DNA of 64,000 nucleotides from the IMG/VR virus record IMGVR_UViG_3300025098_000012, positions 62,001 to 126,000 of that record, one strand, 5' to 3'. Both the position numbers and the translations under genes were made by a program. The notes under the pieces are model-generated. The model was not told the origin of the DNA. It did no database searches and saw only the letters and a list, made by a program, of their open reading frames with translations. Each line of letters starts with the position of its first letter. Within the stretch, counting starts at the first letter, position 1. This document shows, one piece after another, positions 20,495-29,664 of the stretch.

Positions 20495-20707
20495 TTATAC
20501 TCCCATCATGTCTACTGTTTGGTTGAACACCACTTCACTCTCTTTCTTGAGTAGCGAGAGAGCTTCATTGATAGCGAGGTCAGTACACCCACGCATATTC
20601 TTTGCTGTGATGTATGGGCCGTTAACAGCCTCATTCAAGTGCCACAGCATCGCCTTAAGGGGAGTGCCTGTGAGTTTATCAAGTTTGAGATTTAAGTTTG
20701 TTCTCAT
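20495..20707 (-). CDS. Hypothetical protein (cassette gene)
   Basis: SD AAAGGAGA; motif at 20731-20747. Confidence 0.75.
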   Translation of the reverse strand: MRTNLNLKLDKLTGTPLKAMLWHLNEAVNGPYITAKNMRGCTDLAINEALSLLKKESEVVFNQTVDMMGV

Positions 20708-20743
20708 CTTTGTTCTCCTTTACAAGAGTGTATAAATAAGGGG

Positions 20744-20836
20744 TTACAGGTTCTTCATACGATAGTAGCTGACGATGAAGAGTCCGATGAGGCAGATGCT
20801 TACTACACCTGCGATGTCTAGTATTGTTGAGAGCAT
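20744..20836 (-). CDS. 30-aa membrane micropeptide MLSTILDIAGVVSICLIGLFIVSYYRMKNL
   Basis: SD AAAGGAGA; single hydrophobic helix; stop is the TAA inside the motif. Confidence 0.7.
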   Translation of the reverse strand: MLSTILDIAGVVSICLIGLFIVSYYRMKNL

Positions 20837-20848
20837 TGTTATTCTCCT

Positions 20849-20920
20849 TTAGGCTGAACCCTTTTGGTTGTTCTGATAGATAGTGATAATAATCATTAGT
20901 GCGATGAGTTTAAGTGTCAT
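20849..20920 (-). CDS. 23-aa hydrophobic micropeptide MTLKLIALMIIITIYQNNQKGSA
   Basis: Fills the gap between two genes; GGAAGG upstream. Confidence 0.5.
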   Translation of the reverse strand: MTLKLIALMIIITIYQNNQKGSA

Positions 20921-20921
20921 G

Positions 20922-21134
20922 TTAGACCTTCCATACTTGCGAGTGTCCAAAGCGAGTCTCTAATGCCTCTAGGAACGCACTTTGGCTCTTGGGTGAACCC
21001 TCCACATCAACTTTCACATAAGGCTCGTAGGGAGTGCCTTCTCGTGTCTTTAGGGAGACACCACAGGAGACAGTTATTGAGTGGAGCTGAAACTCTTTAG
21101 CGTGGACGGTTCGAGTCATGGCGAGGGTAGTCAT
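20922..21134 (-). CDS. Hypothetical protein
   Basis: In operon; AGAGAG before start. Confidence 0.65.
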   Translation of the reverse strand: MTTLAMTRTVHAKEFQLHSITVSCGVSLKTREGTPYEPYVKVDVEGSPKSQSAFLEALETRFGHSQVWKV

Positions 21135-21145
21135 AAGTTTCTCTC

Positions 21146-21667
21146 TTAGCGAGGGTTGTTGAACGCATCACGATCAACAGTCTCATCGAACTCTGTGATC
21201 TCGTGTCGGATGTAGCGAGGGAGATTAAGGTTCTGCTCGATGCAGTTTCGGATCTCCGTAAAGAGATGCTTGGCCTCTTTGAGTGGGTAGTGTCCATCAA
21301 CGATGACACCTCGAACATACTGACGACCATCTTCAGAGAAGAAGAAAGGGCTTCCATCTCTGCGGGTCAATCGCCCACTGTAGCTCTTAGGTCGGTTGGT
21401 GTTATTTCCTGCGAGGCTTGCGATGGTGCTAGGGATAAGACCCTTAGAACCAAAGATTACCTTATCGACATCGCTTGAGGTGCATTGAACACCTGCCTCA
21501 TTGATGAGGGCAGTTGCTTGCTCAAGACTGTTGTTTGAGGTGAACGCTTGGAGGCGAGTCAGACGCTCTTGCAACACATCCTTATAAGGGATGGTCATGT
21601 CGAGTACGACATTGTAAGCGTTGTCTCCATTGATGCGTCCTAGTTTTACTCTTGGGTGGTTAGTCAT
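21146..21667 (-). CDS. Hypothetical protein, paralogue of 23351-23956
   Basis: KGLI..YVRGVIV..IRNCIEQNLNL versus KGLL..HVRGIII..LKNAISKELDL. Confidence 0.75.
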   Translation of the reverse strand: MTNHPRVKLGRINGDNAYNVVLDMTIPYKDVLQERLTRLQAFTSNNSLEQATALINEAGVQCTSSDVDKVIFGSKGLIPSTIASLAGNNTNRPKSYSGRLTRRDGSPFFFSEDGRQYVRGVIVDGHYPLKEAKHLFTEIRNCIEQNLNLPRYIRHEITEFDETVDRDAFNNPR

Positions 21668-21743
21668 TCTTTTTCTCCATTGAGAGTGGTTGGTTGGTGG
21701 GCTTGGTTGCCCTCATGTAAGGTTATAGATAAGGGGTTACGCT

Positions 21744-22043
21744 TTACGCTTCTAACTCATCAGTTAGTTGAGAGTTAGTTTCATCGAAGAAAAAGTCGAG
21801 TGAGCTTCGATTACTCTCAGCGACTGTGGCTGTCGTATTGATGAGATCATAGAAGCATGGAGCTTCGGGTGCGACCTCCTCCATTACGCTCACCATGTTG
21901 ATGTACATCCCACGCTCTGAGATGTTGATCTCCTCATCATTCTCATGAGCCTCATCCATGAGGTCTTGGAGTTGATTGCGATACGCTTGCATCTGTGATT
22001 CTATCTGACGAGAGAGCTGTAGTAGTTTATCTTGAACTGTCAT
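21744..22043 (-). CDS. Acidic hypothetical protein (cassette gene)
   Basis: Motif plus SD. Confidence 0.75.
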   Translation of the reverse strand: MTVQDKLLQLSRQIESQMQAYRNQLQDLMDEAHENDEEINISERGMYINMVSVMEEVAPEAPCFYDLINTTATVAESNRSSLDFFFDETNSQLTDELEA

Positions 22044-22100
22044 TGTTTCTCCTTTAAGAGTTGGTTGGTTGTCGATTACATAGGGTACATAGATAAGGGG

Positions 22101-22367
22101 TTACGCTTCTTCCTTTAGAGCATTATCGAGGAACGAGTCTAAAGCACTCTCGATCTCTCCTGCATCATTCACTTGGATGAGGTATCCCCATGATCTCATG
22201 TGGTCATTTCGGTTTACATTCATGTGATAGAGCGTGTTAGGTTGCACCTTATCTAGCTCTCTCTCAGTAAGCATCTCTTGAGACATCACATCAGTTAGTC
22301 TCATGTGGTGTGTCTCGCTATCTGCGTTAGCAAATGCGAGGTAGTCAGTTCGGGTAGGTCGGATCAT
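22101..22367 (-). CDS. Hypothetical protein, paralogue of 42393-42671
   Basis: RPTRTDYLAFA versus KPTKTDYLAYA; REL..V...T; GEIE. Confidence 0.75.
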   Translation of the reverse strand: MIRPTRTDYLAFANADSETHHMRLTDVMSQEMLTERELDKVQPNTLYHMNVNRNDHMRSWGYLIQVNDAGEIESALDSFLDNALKEEA

Positions 22368-22369
22368 TA

Positions 22370-22747
22370 TTATCCTTTCTCCATGTTCTTCATGTTGTTA
22401 ACGATGTCAGCGAAGTTGATTACTCCCTTCGTGTTCTCATTGCGTTCTTCAAGCTCCCGATTCAGTTGTATCAGCATAGCTTCTTCGATCTTGCCTATGA
22501 TCTCATCAGCATGATTGACGATCTCACCAAGAGGTGAAATGCTGAACTGAAAGTCTCCCTCTAGCCATTCGGGAAAGTCCATGTCTCCATCTTGCCAGTG
22601 ATCATATTTGTACTCGTAGAAGTACCGACCTGCTGGTACTAGATCATCGCCTTGAAAGACTTGACCTGTAGTGGTTGATGTTACTCGGAAGCCATCTGGG
22701 TTTCCCCCGATAGCCCACTCGATGATAGATTGTATGTCTTGTCTCAT
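22370..22747 (-). CDS. Hypothetical protein (cassette gene)
   Basis: Motif plus SD AAGGAGA. Confidence 0.75.
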   Translation of the reverse strand: MRQDIQSIIEWAIGGNPDGFRVTSTTTGQVFQGDDLVPAGRYFYEYKYDHWQDGDMDFPEWLEGDFQFSISPLGEIVNHADEIIGKIEEAMLIQLNRELEERNENTKGVINFADIVNNMKNMEKG

Positions 22748-22967
22748 ACATCTCCTTATCTAGTTGTCAAAGAAAGTTAGTGGGTGGTCTCTACCACCCT
22801 CGATACTAGTACATAGATAAGGGGTTACGACTCGCCTGTGGCCTAAACAGCAAACCTCTTAAGAGTTGAGGGATTTCGGGGGTTTAGCTACTCGTAACCC
22901 CTTATCTATAGAACAGTATCGGGGCTGAATGACTCACCCCACCAACCACTCCCCAATGGAGAACAAC

Positions 22968-23228
22968 ATGAACGCACTTTCCCCCCTAACATACGCAGAA
23001 GCCTCACATGGTGTAAGTCAGATAGTAAGCAAGCTCGGTTTCCCACTCTTTATGGGTGAGGCAGAGCGTAAGCCTACTGTCAAGGCTGTACGACAGCAAG
23101 TAGGAGCGTACTACAGCTCTCTTGCTAAAGAGAACAAACTCGACTGTCTCCATGCGTATGACGCAGAGAACAAGGCAGATCTGATCGAGAACGCTGTTGC
23201 CGAGCTTCTTGAGCGAGTCGAGGGCTAA
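22968..23228 (+). CDS. Hypothetical protein (cassette gene)
   Basis: Start re-assigned to the ATG after SD GGAGA. Confidence 0.75.
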   Translation: MNALSPLTYAEASHGVSQIVSKLGFPLFMGEAERKPTVKAVRQQVGAYYSSLAKENKLDCLHAYDAENKADLIENAVAELLERVEG

Positions 23229-23350
23229 GGGAGTCGGGGTCGTAACCCCTTATCTATAGACCTAGTGTGAGAGGCTAGGGGAACAATCAACCAGCAATCA
23301 TATAACATTTACATCAACTGCAAATCACATCTCTTGAAAGGAGAACCATC

Positions 23351-23956
23351 ATGCAGAACATCACAGCAACCAACAACACAAGCATCACTTTCACCACAAC
23401 CAAGAGTGGAAAGGCAGACCTCAAGAAAGACGGTGGTACAGTTCGTGGTCGTCATACAGTACAAGTGGATATGCTTGTGGGTACTGACCACAAGACCATC
23501 GCAGGTCTTGACCTCACTAAAGTCTTAACTGCTGACCGAGCAAAGCTCAAGACAGCTCTTGAGACTCGTGGCTTGGTCTTTACTGACCTCGACTTCACCC
23601 TCGCTCTCGATGGGGATCAGCCTCGCAAGAAGGGTCTGCTCACAGCACTTCGACAGTCAGCTACAGGCACTAACGATGATAACAAGCACTTGGAGGCTTA
23701 CTCTGATCACCCTTGTGGGGTGCGTGGGGTGAGCATCCATGATGGGACAGGTGATGTCCATGTGCGTGGTATCATCATCGGAGAGAAGATCATCTCGGCT
23801 GACCCAAACGGTGATGCGAGAAAGACCAAGAGTGGTCTTCATGTCCAACTCAAGAACGCTATCAGCAAAGAGTTGGATCTTACCACTCGCAAGTGGAGAC
23901 AGTACAAGCTCCCTGCTTCTGCGACCGTAAATGGGGTTGACAACCCTACCCTCTAA
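23351..23956 (+). CDS. Hypothetical protein, paralogue of 21146-21667
   Basis: Motif plus SD AAAGGAGA. Confidence 0.8.
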   Translation: MQNITATNNTSITFTTTKSGKADLKKDGGTVRGRHTVQVDMLVGTDHKTIAGLDLTKVLTADRAKLKTALETRGLVFTDLDFTLALDGDQPRKKGLLTALRQSATGTNDDNKHLEAYSDHPCGVRGVSIHDGTGDVHVRGIIIGEKIISADPNGDARKTKSGLHVQLKNAISKELDLTTRKWRQYKLPASATVNGVDNPTL

Positions 23957-24032
23957 TCCTCATCGGGTGCTTCGCTGTAACCCTTTATTTATAAGTTTAC
24001 ATCAGCCAACCATACCACTAAGGAAAGCAATC

Positions 24033-25268
24033 ATGGCAAAACCAAATCTAAGTAAGACTGTAAGAGAAAACATCCCTTTCATCCTCGGTGGGAATGGGGA
24101 GATGAACAAGAAAGAAATTCGAGATGCGTATGTCGCTCTTGAGGGGTGTTCGTCAGAACACGACTTTGGAACAAATAAGGACACTTGGAGCAAGCTCCGA
24201 TCTGCTATACATGGAGCGTGTCCTAAGCTCGTGAAACAAGGTGTACTCTTTCAACCGAGTAAGGGTAAGTTCGATGTTGTACAGGGTACAGCTATCCCCT
24301 CAGCCTTTGTGCCTTTCCTAAATAGTCAGCCTGTGGTCAAGCCTGTTGAGGTCGCTCCTGTGGTCGAAGCCGAGCCTGTAGTCGAGGTTGAGGAAACCGT
24401 TGAGGTCGCTCCTGTAGAGCCTGTGGTCGAGGTTGAGGAAACCGTTGAGGTTGAGGAAACCGTTGAGGTTGCTCCTATGGTCGAGGTGAGTGTGAGCAAC
24501 CCTGCTGTAATCGAAGCCCATATCGACACCGAGACTCAAGAGCTTGTCGAGAATGTTGGTGGTAGCCGAGATTGGCGAAAGCCTCTTGATGAGGTTGAAG
24601 ATGGGTACATCACTTCAAGCGTACAGGTCAGCACAACAACACTTGAGCCTGTTGCAGAGCCTGTTGCAGAGCCTGTTGCTGAGGTTGCCCCTGTAGAGGT
24701 CGAGGTTGCCCCTGTAGAGCCTGTGGAGGTTCAAGAGGTGGTAGAGCCTACCCCTGTGGTAGAGGACGATGTAGAGGACGATGTAGAAGATCCTGTAGAG
24801 GACGATGATGAGACTCAAGATGAAGATCAACAACCGAGCTATGATCTTAGAGATCTTCGCAAGAGTGCTTCCTTCGATCCTTTGAAGATCACCTTAAAGA
24901 ATGGGGCTACAGGTAGCTATGAGGTGTATCGAGACATGGAAGCACGAATGGTGGTTTTGACTCAAAAAGGTCGTGAGGACTATGTGATGATCCCTGTCGA
25001 TGTGGATCAAGACCGACTTGACGCTCTTAATGAGTTAGATGCTCGTTATGCTCCATACGCTATCAAGTCAGTGGCAGACTTTGACTCAGCACAGCACCAC
25101 AAGGACGGATGTAAGCGTATGGTGACAGCTCTCGTATCCTGTACAAAGAACTGCGACCATACGGATGACTTTGGTGGTCTAGCCGAGTCTTGCCCTAAGC
25201 CTCACGACTGTCCACTAAAGAGCATTTGGGGAGAGGTGGCGATCTATGTCGATCCCCAAGACGCATAA
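24033..25268 (+). CDS. N-terminal winged-helix (Mrr_N-like) protein with long acidic E/V/P repeat linker and Cys-rich C-terminus
   Basis: KLRSAIHGACPKLVKQGVLFQPSKGKF; VEVEET/PVAE/DDVE repeats; four C-terminal Cys. Confidence 0.7.
   Translation: MAKPNLSKTVRENIPFILGGNGEMNKKEIRDAYVALEGCSSEHDFGTNKDTWSKLRSAIHGACPKLVKQGVLFQPSKGKFDVVQGTAIPSAFVPFLNSQPVVKPVEVAPVVEAEPVVEVEETVEVAPVEPVVEVEETVEVEETVEVAPMVEVSVSNPAVIEAHIDTETQELVENVGGSRDWRKPLDEVEDGYITSSVQVSTTTLEPVAEPVAEPVAEVAPVEVEVAPVEPVEVQEVVEPTPVVEDDVEDDVEDPVEDDDETQDEDQQPSYDLRDLRKSASFDPLKITLKNGATGSYEVYRDMEARMVVLTQKGREDYVMIPVDVDQDRLDALNELDARYAPYAIKSVADFDSAQHHKDGCKRMVTALVSCTKNCDHTDDFGGLAESCPKPHDCPLKSIWGEVAIYVDPQDA
24330..24810 (+). repeat. In-frame imperfect tandem repeats (GTTGAGGAAACCGTTGAG; GAGCCTGTTGCA; GTAGAGGACGAT)
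   Basis: Seen directly. Confidence 0.85.
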
Positions 25269-25479
25269 TGAAACCCCTCTCAAGCTGTTAAGTGAAAGCC
25301 GACTAGAGCGAGGATTAAGGGAAATAGCCCCGACACTTAAGAGCTTGAGACTAGATCAAAACATACTCAACTTAAAGTTTAGCCAAATGACAATCATTCT
25401 CCCCCTAACATCAACCATGACTTGGGGGCAACTAACAAACTCCCTACAGGAGAAAGGTCTTACCCATGAGCCTAACTAA
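25246..25479 (+). CDS. Hypothetical protein
   Basis: Overlapping operon member. Confidence 0.5.
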   Translation: MSIPKTHNETPLKLLSESRLERGLREIAPTLKSLRLDQNILNLKFSQMTIILPLTSTMTWGQLTNSLQEKGLTHEPN

Positions 25480-25702
25480 AAGAGAACTGCAAGACTCAAT
25501 CATCATCGTAATCGAGCGAGATGGTACACACCACATCAAAATCCCAAACAATGACAGCCTAGAGTTTGATCGAAAGGCTTATAACGCAATGATGAACACC
25601 ATGACCGTCCTAGACGAACCGAGCTTTGTATTGAGGGCTTTCCTTTGGATCGAACGGAGACTTCAATCTCTTAATGTCATGATCTTTGGAGCGAGTGCTT
25701 GA
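25466..25702 (+). CDS. Hypothetical protein
   Basis: Overlapping operon member. Confidence 0.6.
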   Translation: MSLTKRELQDSIIIVIERDGTHHIKIPNNDSLEFDRKAYNAMMNTMTVLDEPSFVLRAFLWIERRLQSLNVMIFGASA

Positions 25703-26055
25703 TTATGAAAAGATACACACGAAAAGTGAATGGGAAGATTGAGTGGGAGTATCACAAACTCTTACCCGATGAAGATGCTGGAGATTTGATTAGAGGTGCT
25801 TGTTTGGAGATGGGGTTTGTTCCTATTGATTCTGGAATCTACGCATTAAAGACAGACGAGGGGTTCTTAAAGGTTATTTGGCAAGGGGAAGAAAGACATG
25901 GCTGGATAGTAGAAATAAACAACTACTCCGAGATGTTTTTCATCCGCCAAAGTTTGTTCGATACCATAAGGTCGGTATGGTCACATGAGCGTAAAAACCC
26001 TTTAGCTTCACCTCCTATTTTTTCTTCAAAAGAGATCGAAGAAATACTAGGTTAA
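25699..26055 (+). CDS. Member of the IR.VW paralogue family
   Basis: KVNGKIEW...LEMGF...DTIRSVW. Confidence 0.7.
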   Translation: MIMKRYTRKVNGKIEWEYHKLLPDEDAGDLIRGACLEMGFVPIDSGIYALKTDEGFLKVIWQGEERHGWIVEINNYSEMFFIRQSLFDTIRSVWSHERKNPLASPPIFSSKEIEEILG

Positions 26056-26061
26056 GATTTT

Positions 26062-26508
26062 TTAAAGTTTATCATCGAGCCAAGAGAGATCCAGCGTCCA
26101 ATTATGTTTGGATCTCTCATTCCATTGCTCAAAGACTTGAACGATGTAGTCCTCAGTCTCTTGAGGTGTGAGGCTATTGACGGAGGCAAGTTTGTGTAGT
26201 ACCTGCGATTGAACTTGGGGCGACTCTACTGAGAGGGTTCGCCCGATGTGTTTGACCTTGTGGCAGGTAGGGCAGAGAGAAATCAGACCTTTGAGAGTTT
26301 GGGTCTTGGTCTGATCGTCATAATCCCATATCTCGTGGCACTCAACAGGCCACTTAGACCCTTTGCCTCCACAGACTTCGCATTTGTACCCTGCTTGCTT
26401 GTAAGAGGCTTTGCGTAACTTATCCCATTGGGGTTTAGAGAGGTTAGCTTCAGAGCGTAGGTTATTGCCCCATGATGATTGTGGTACGAGTTCAATCGAG
26501 AGCTTCAT
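26062..26508 (-). CDS. HNH endonuclease
   Basis: CEVCG...ECHE.W.YD...LCPTCHKVKH. Confidence 0.85.
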   Translation of the reverse strand: MKLSIELVPQSSWGNNLRSEANLSKPQWDKLRKASYKQAGYKCEVCGGKGSKWPVECHEIWDYDDQTKTQTLKGLISLCPTCHKVKHIGRTLSVESPQVQSQVLHKLASVNSLTPQETEDYIVQVFEQWNERSKHNWTLDLSWLDDKL

Positions 26509-27254
26509 TTTTCACACCTTGCGTATTGAGTTGATCTTAGTTGAACCCCTGCTTTTTTAAGTCTCCGAGCAATCGTGGCATAACTGACCTTATATTTTTC
26601 AGCCAACTGTACGGTGGATAAACCCGACTCATATTCTTTAATCATTTGATCAAGAGGTAATTTAAACTTCTCCCTACCAGATTCTCTTAGTCGAACCCCT
26701 GCTTTTTTAAGTTTCCTGTTAATCGTGGTGAAGCTGACCTTATATTTTTCAGCTAACTGTACGGTGGATAAACCCGACTCATATTCTTTGATCATTTGAT
26801 CAAGGGGTAAGTTTAACTTCTCCCTACCTGCATCCCTCAAAGAATACCCTGCTTTCTTAAATCTCCTATGTAAAGCGGATGGGTACACACCATACTTTTC
26901 AGATAAGTCATATAAATTCAGTCCCGACTCATATTCTTTAATTATTTGATCAAGGGGTAGATTTAATCTTTTCCCACAAGGTCTTATTCCCACTCCTGCA
27001 CCTCTGAGTAGACGAGTAACTGTAGTAGCTGACACCTTGTATTTATTAGCTACTTGATAAGTAGTTAAACCAGAATGATAATCTGCAATCACATCTTGTA
27101 TTGGCAGGAGAATTCTTTTGCCTCTTAACTGAACTCCAGCTTTCTTTAATCTGTCAAGAATCGTAGTTGTGCTAACTCCATATCTTGAGGCTAGATCTTT
27201 GGTAGACATACCAGTGTTGTATTCGGTGATGATTTCATCTACAGGTAGCTTCAT
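26505..27254 (-). CDS. Protein with five tandem ~50-aa HTH repeats
   Basis: Repeats of LP.D..I.EY.SG.S...LA.KY.VS..TI...LKKAGV.LR. Confidence 0.85.
   Translation of the reverse strand: MKLPVDEIITEYNTGMSTKDLASRYGVSTTTILDRLKKAGVQLRGKRILLPIQDVIADYHSGLTTYQVANKYKVSATTVTRLLRGAGVGIRPCGKRLNLPLDQIIKEYESGLNLYDLSEKYGVYPSALHRRFKKAGYSLRDAGREKLNLPLDQMIKEYESGLSTVQLAEKYKVSFTTINRKLKKAGVRLRESGREKFKLPLDQMIKEYESGLSTVQLAEKYKVSYATIARRLKKAGVQLRSTQYARCEK
26543..26827 (-). repeat. Near-identical 150-bp-period duplication encoding the last two HTH repeats
   Basis: 26543-26677 versus 26693-26827. Confidence 0.85.
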
Positions 27255-27643
27255 TTTTTCTTCTCCCTTAATGCGAGCAATGTTTTTGTGAGTTCACCAG
27301 CCTCATCTTCTCTCCCTTGATTTCTATCTGGATGGCAGAACATGAGTAATCGTTTAACAAGAACTTGATCTAACCTGGGCTTGTTTTGAGCTTGATAGCG
27401 TAAGCTAGAAATCTCCATCTTAAGCTGATGAACTTGAGCGTGGAGGGTCTTGATCTGATTATCTAAGTGTTGGGTGTCTGGTGTTTCTTGTAAGAGCTGA
27501 TGGATGACTTTTTGTAGCCCGTCATATCGGTCGTCAGACTTGATCCTCTTATATCCTTGGGATTCTCTCCAGCAAGTCCAACAGAGGGCATAGTGGCTAT
27601 CTTCCATAGGCCAGTTGCATTCACTACATATTTGAACATCCAT
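27251..27643 (-). CDS. Zn-finger / coiled-coil / J-domain-like (HPD) protein
   Basis: CSEC..LCWTC; KRLLMFCHPDRNQG. Confidence 0.7.
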   Translation of the reverse strand: MDVQICSECNWPMEDSHYALCWTCWRESQGYKRIKSDDRYDGLQKVIHQLLQETPDTQHLDNQIKTLHAQVHQLKMEISSLRYQAQNKPRLDQVLVKRLLMFCHPDRNQGREDEAGELTKTLLALREKKK

Positions 27644-27702
27644 TTTTAATACTTTCTTTATGTCTCTCTTAATACAGATCATTTATATGAAAGGCATAAA
27701 CA

Positions 27703-28440
27703 ATGTATGACAAGATCGCTTATCTAAGATTAAGAATTGCTCGCCTTGAGCGACTTGCTGACTTAAGACCAGGTCTTGGTACAAAAGACCCCTGCTACAT
27801 TATTCAGAGAGCAGTTAACAATAGGGCTGACATCCCCAAAACTAGGTATGTCAAAGATGTGTTGGAGGATCTTGACCTCGTCACATACGGAGCTTCTGGT
27901 CGTAGTGGGTTAGAAGACATTCCTAGTAGAGATAGGGATGATTGGTATGGTCTGACTTACCCTCGCAGATTGAAGGAGAGAGTAGAGGGCGAGGAGATTA
28001 CATACGGAAAAGGTGGGAAAAAAAAGCTACCTGTCAACATTCCACATCTCACTTATTCTCAACACGCTCAGTTTAGAATGGATCTGAGAGGAGTGACTGT
28101 GGAACAAGTAGAAGCTGTTGTGAAGCACTGGCATACACAGCAGAAAAGAGTAGTAGAAGGTATGCGAGATTATGACCGACTAAAAGAAATCTCCATGAAA
28201 AATAAAGATGAGCATGATTTAATCAGAGATAACTTGAACTGGTTGAAGAACACACTGCAACCCGATGAGATCGAAAAGATGAAGAACGATATGAGAAGGC
28301 TTAATCGAGAGATGGAGATCAACCATAAATATATGGGTGTCTTCGTAGGGTTTGTTCCTCAGAAAGATGGGAGTATAGACATCAAGACCGTCTTTGATCT
28401 TAAGAAATCAGATCAGCCCTACAGAGGTTATAACTGCTAA
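27703..28440 (+). CDS. RIARLE-leader protein with DUF4258-like (toxin RNase-like) motif
   Basis: N-terminal LRIARLERLA; YSQHAQFRMDLRGVTVEQV. Confidence 0.6.
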   Translation: MYDKIAYLRLRIARLERLADLRPGLGTKDPCYIIQRAVNNRADIPKTRYVKDVLEDLDLVTYGASGRSGLEDIPSRDRDDWYGLTYPRRLKERVEGEEITYGKGGKKKLPVNIPHLTYSQHAQFRMDLRGVTVEQVEAVVKHWHTQQKRVVEGMRDYDRLKEISMKNKDEHDLIRDNLNWLKNTLQPDEIEKMKNDMRRLNREMEINHKYMGVFVGFVPQKDGSIDIKTVFDLKKSDQPYRGYNC

Positions 28441-28445
28441 GACAT

Positions 28446-28781
28446 CTACTCTGAGAGCTTCATCTTTTGGAAGAACTTTCGGGACTCCTCTAAGAAGTAC
28501 GAGATAAACTCAAGGTTGGTGATGTTTCTTTTGTACCTTGAACTATCTGACTTATATTTGTACTCAAAAAAGATGACATTATCCTCTGAAAAGAGTTGGG
28601 TGCTGAACTTATCATCTTTTGTATGTGTCCACACCTCTTTTCGATCAGTGGCTTGGAAGCCACATTCTACTACGAGTATTTTGAAGATGGATTCCCTATT
28701 AAGTTCTTCTGTCTGCGAAGTTGTGAGGTCTGGATTAGCAATCCTCACTCCGTTTTGTTTAACTGTCAGCATCGGGTTCAT
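28446..28781 (-). CDS. Member of the NG.R / GF paralogue family
   Basis: MLTVKQNGVRIANP nearly identical to the N-terminus of 46840; VECGF. Confidence 0.7.
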   Translation of the reverse strand: MNPMLTVKQNGVRIANPDLTTSQTEELNRESIFKILVVECGFQATDRKEVWTHTKDDKFSTQLFSEDNVIFFEYKYKSDSSRYKRNITNLEFISYFLEESRKFFQKMKLSE

Positions 28782-29475
28782 CTTTCATATAGATGGCAAC
28801 CCGATCAATAGCACAGCTAAAGACCCTCGCTGTAGACTCGTTGAACTCACCTGTTAACAGAAGATCGAGGACTTGACCTTTCCATACTAGAGGGTTGTTG
28901 CTTGTTAAGTTTACGATATATCTCAAAGCCGTTTGGATTTTCCCCCTTGAGTTTTCATGTTCGGGGTTGATTGAAAGAAGGGCATCCATCAATCGAACTA
29001 CATACTTTGAACTGATAGGGTTAGCTACCTTCTCTCTTATATCTTTCTCATCAAGGATTTGCTTGAGTATGTTAGGAGTATGGGTTGTGCAGTTGAGCTT
29101 ACGACCCGATTGATAGTAAGCGTTGACTGCCTCTATCTTGTCCTCGTCTGAGATCTTATCGACCTTACGCTTATAGGTTTTGCGTGTAGTAGGGTTCTCT
29201 AAGCGTACCTTCAAGGTTTGACCCGACACACCGTACTTTCGAGCAAGATCTTCGATCAGACCATTAGCGTCTGCTTCTTTGATCTCTTCAATAGGGATCG
29301 GGAGCAAGAGGTGCTGATAGCTTGTTCCTTTGATCTTAGGTGTTCCTTGTCGTAAAGTCTTTACAACCACGACTGGATGTTCGTTGTACTGCTGACCGAT
29401 CTCTTCTGGCGTCTTCCCCTCTTGCATGAGGTTATGCCACTCCACTCTCATCTCTGACTTGGCTTTCATGTTCAT
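28759..29475 (-). CDS. Multi-HTH DNA-binding protein
   Basis: EGKTPEEIGQQYNE; IEDLARKYGVSGQTLKVRL. Confidence 0.65.
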   Translation of the reverse strand: MNMKAKSEMRVEWHNLMQEGKTPEEIGQQYNEHPVVVVKTLRQGTPKIKGTSYQHLLLPIPIEEIKEADANGLIEDLARKYGVSGQTLKVRLENPTTRKTYKRKVDKISDEDKIEAVNAYYQSGRKLNCTTHTPNILKQILDEKDIREKVANPISSKYVVRLMDALLSINPEHENSRGKIQTALRYIVNLTSNNPLVWKGQVLDLLLTGEFNESTARVFSCAIDRVAIYMKDEPDADS

Positions 29476-29612
29476 CTCCACTTGTTCACGAGGTTGTTGA
29501 AAGCTGTAGAGTCTTTGCCCTCAGCCATGACCTTGTAGAAGGTGGTTCGCACCTTGTTATTGATAGCTCGAAGCTGTGCCTCTTTAGATACTTTGTTCTT
29601 GATCTTCTTCAA
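29472..29612 (-). CDS. 46-aa basic protein not in the ORF track (MKKIKNKVSKEAQLRA...NKWR)
   Basis: TTG start after SD AAAGGAGA; TGA overlaps the next ATG. Confidence 0.65.
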   Translation of the reverse strand: MKKIKNKVSKEAQLRAINNKVRTTFYKVMAEGKDSTAFNNLVNKWR

Positions 29613-29664
29613 ACTCGGTTCTCCTTTCGGGAGGGGCTGTTTATATGATCTTATAGGTAAGGGG

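Noticed and set aside
26543-26827. DGR template/variable repeat pair
   Set aside because: Tandem in-frame protein repeats, differences not restricted to adenines, no reverse transcriptase
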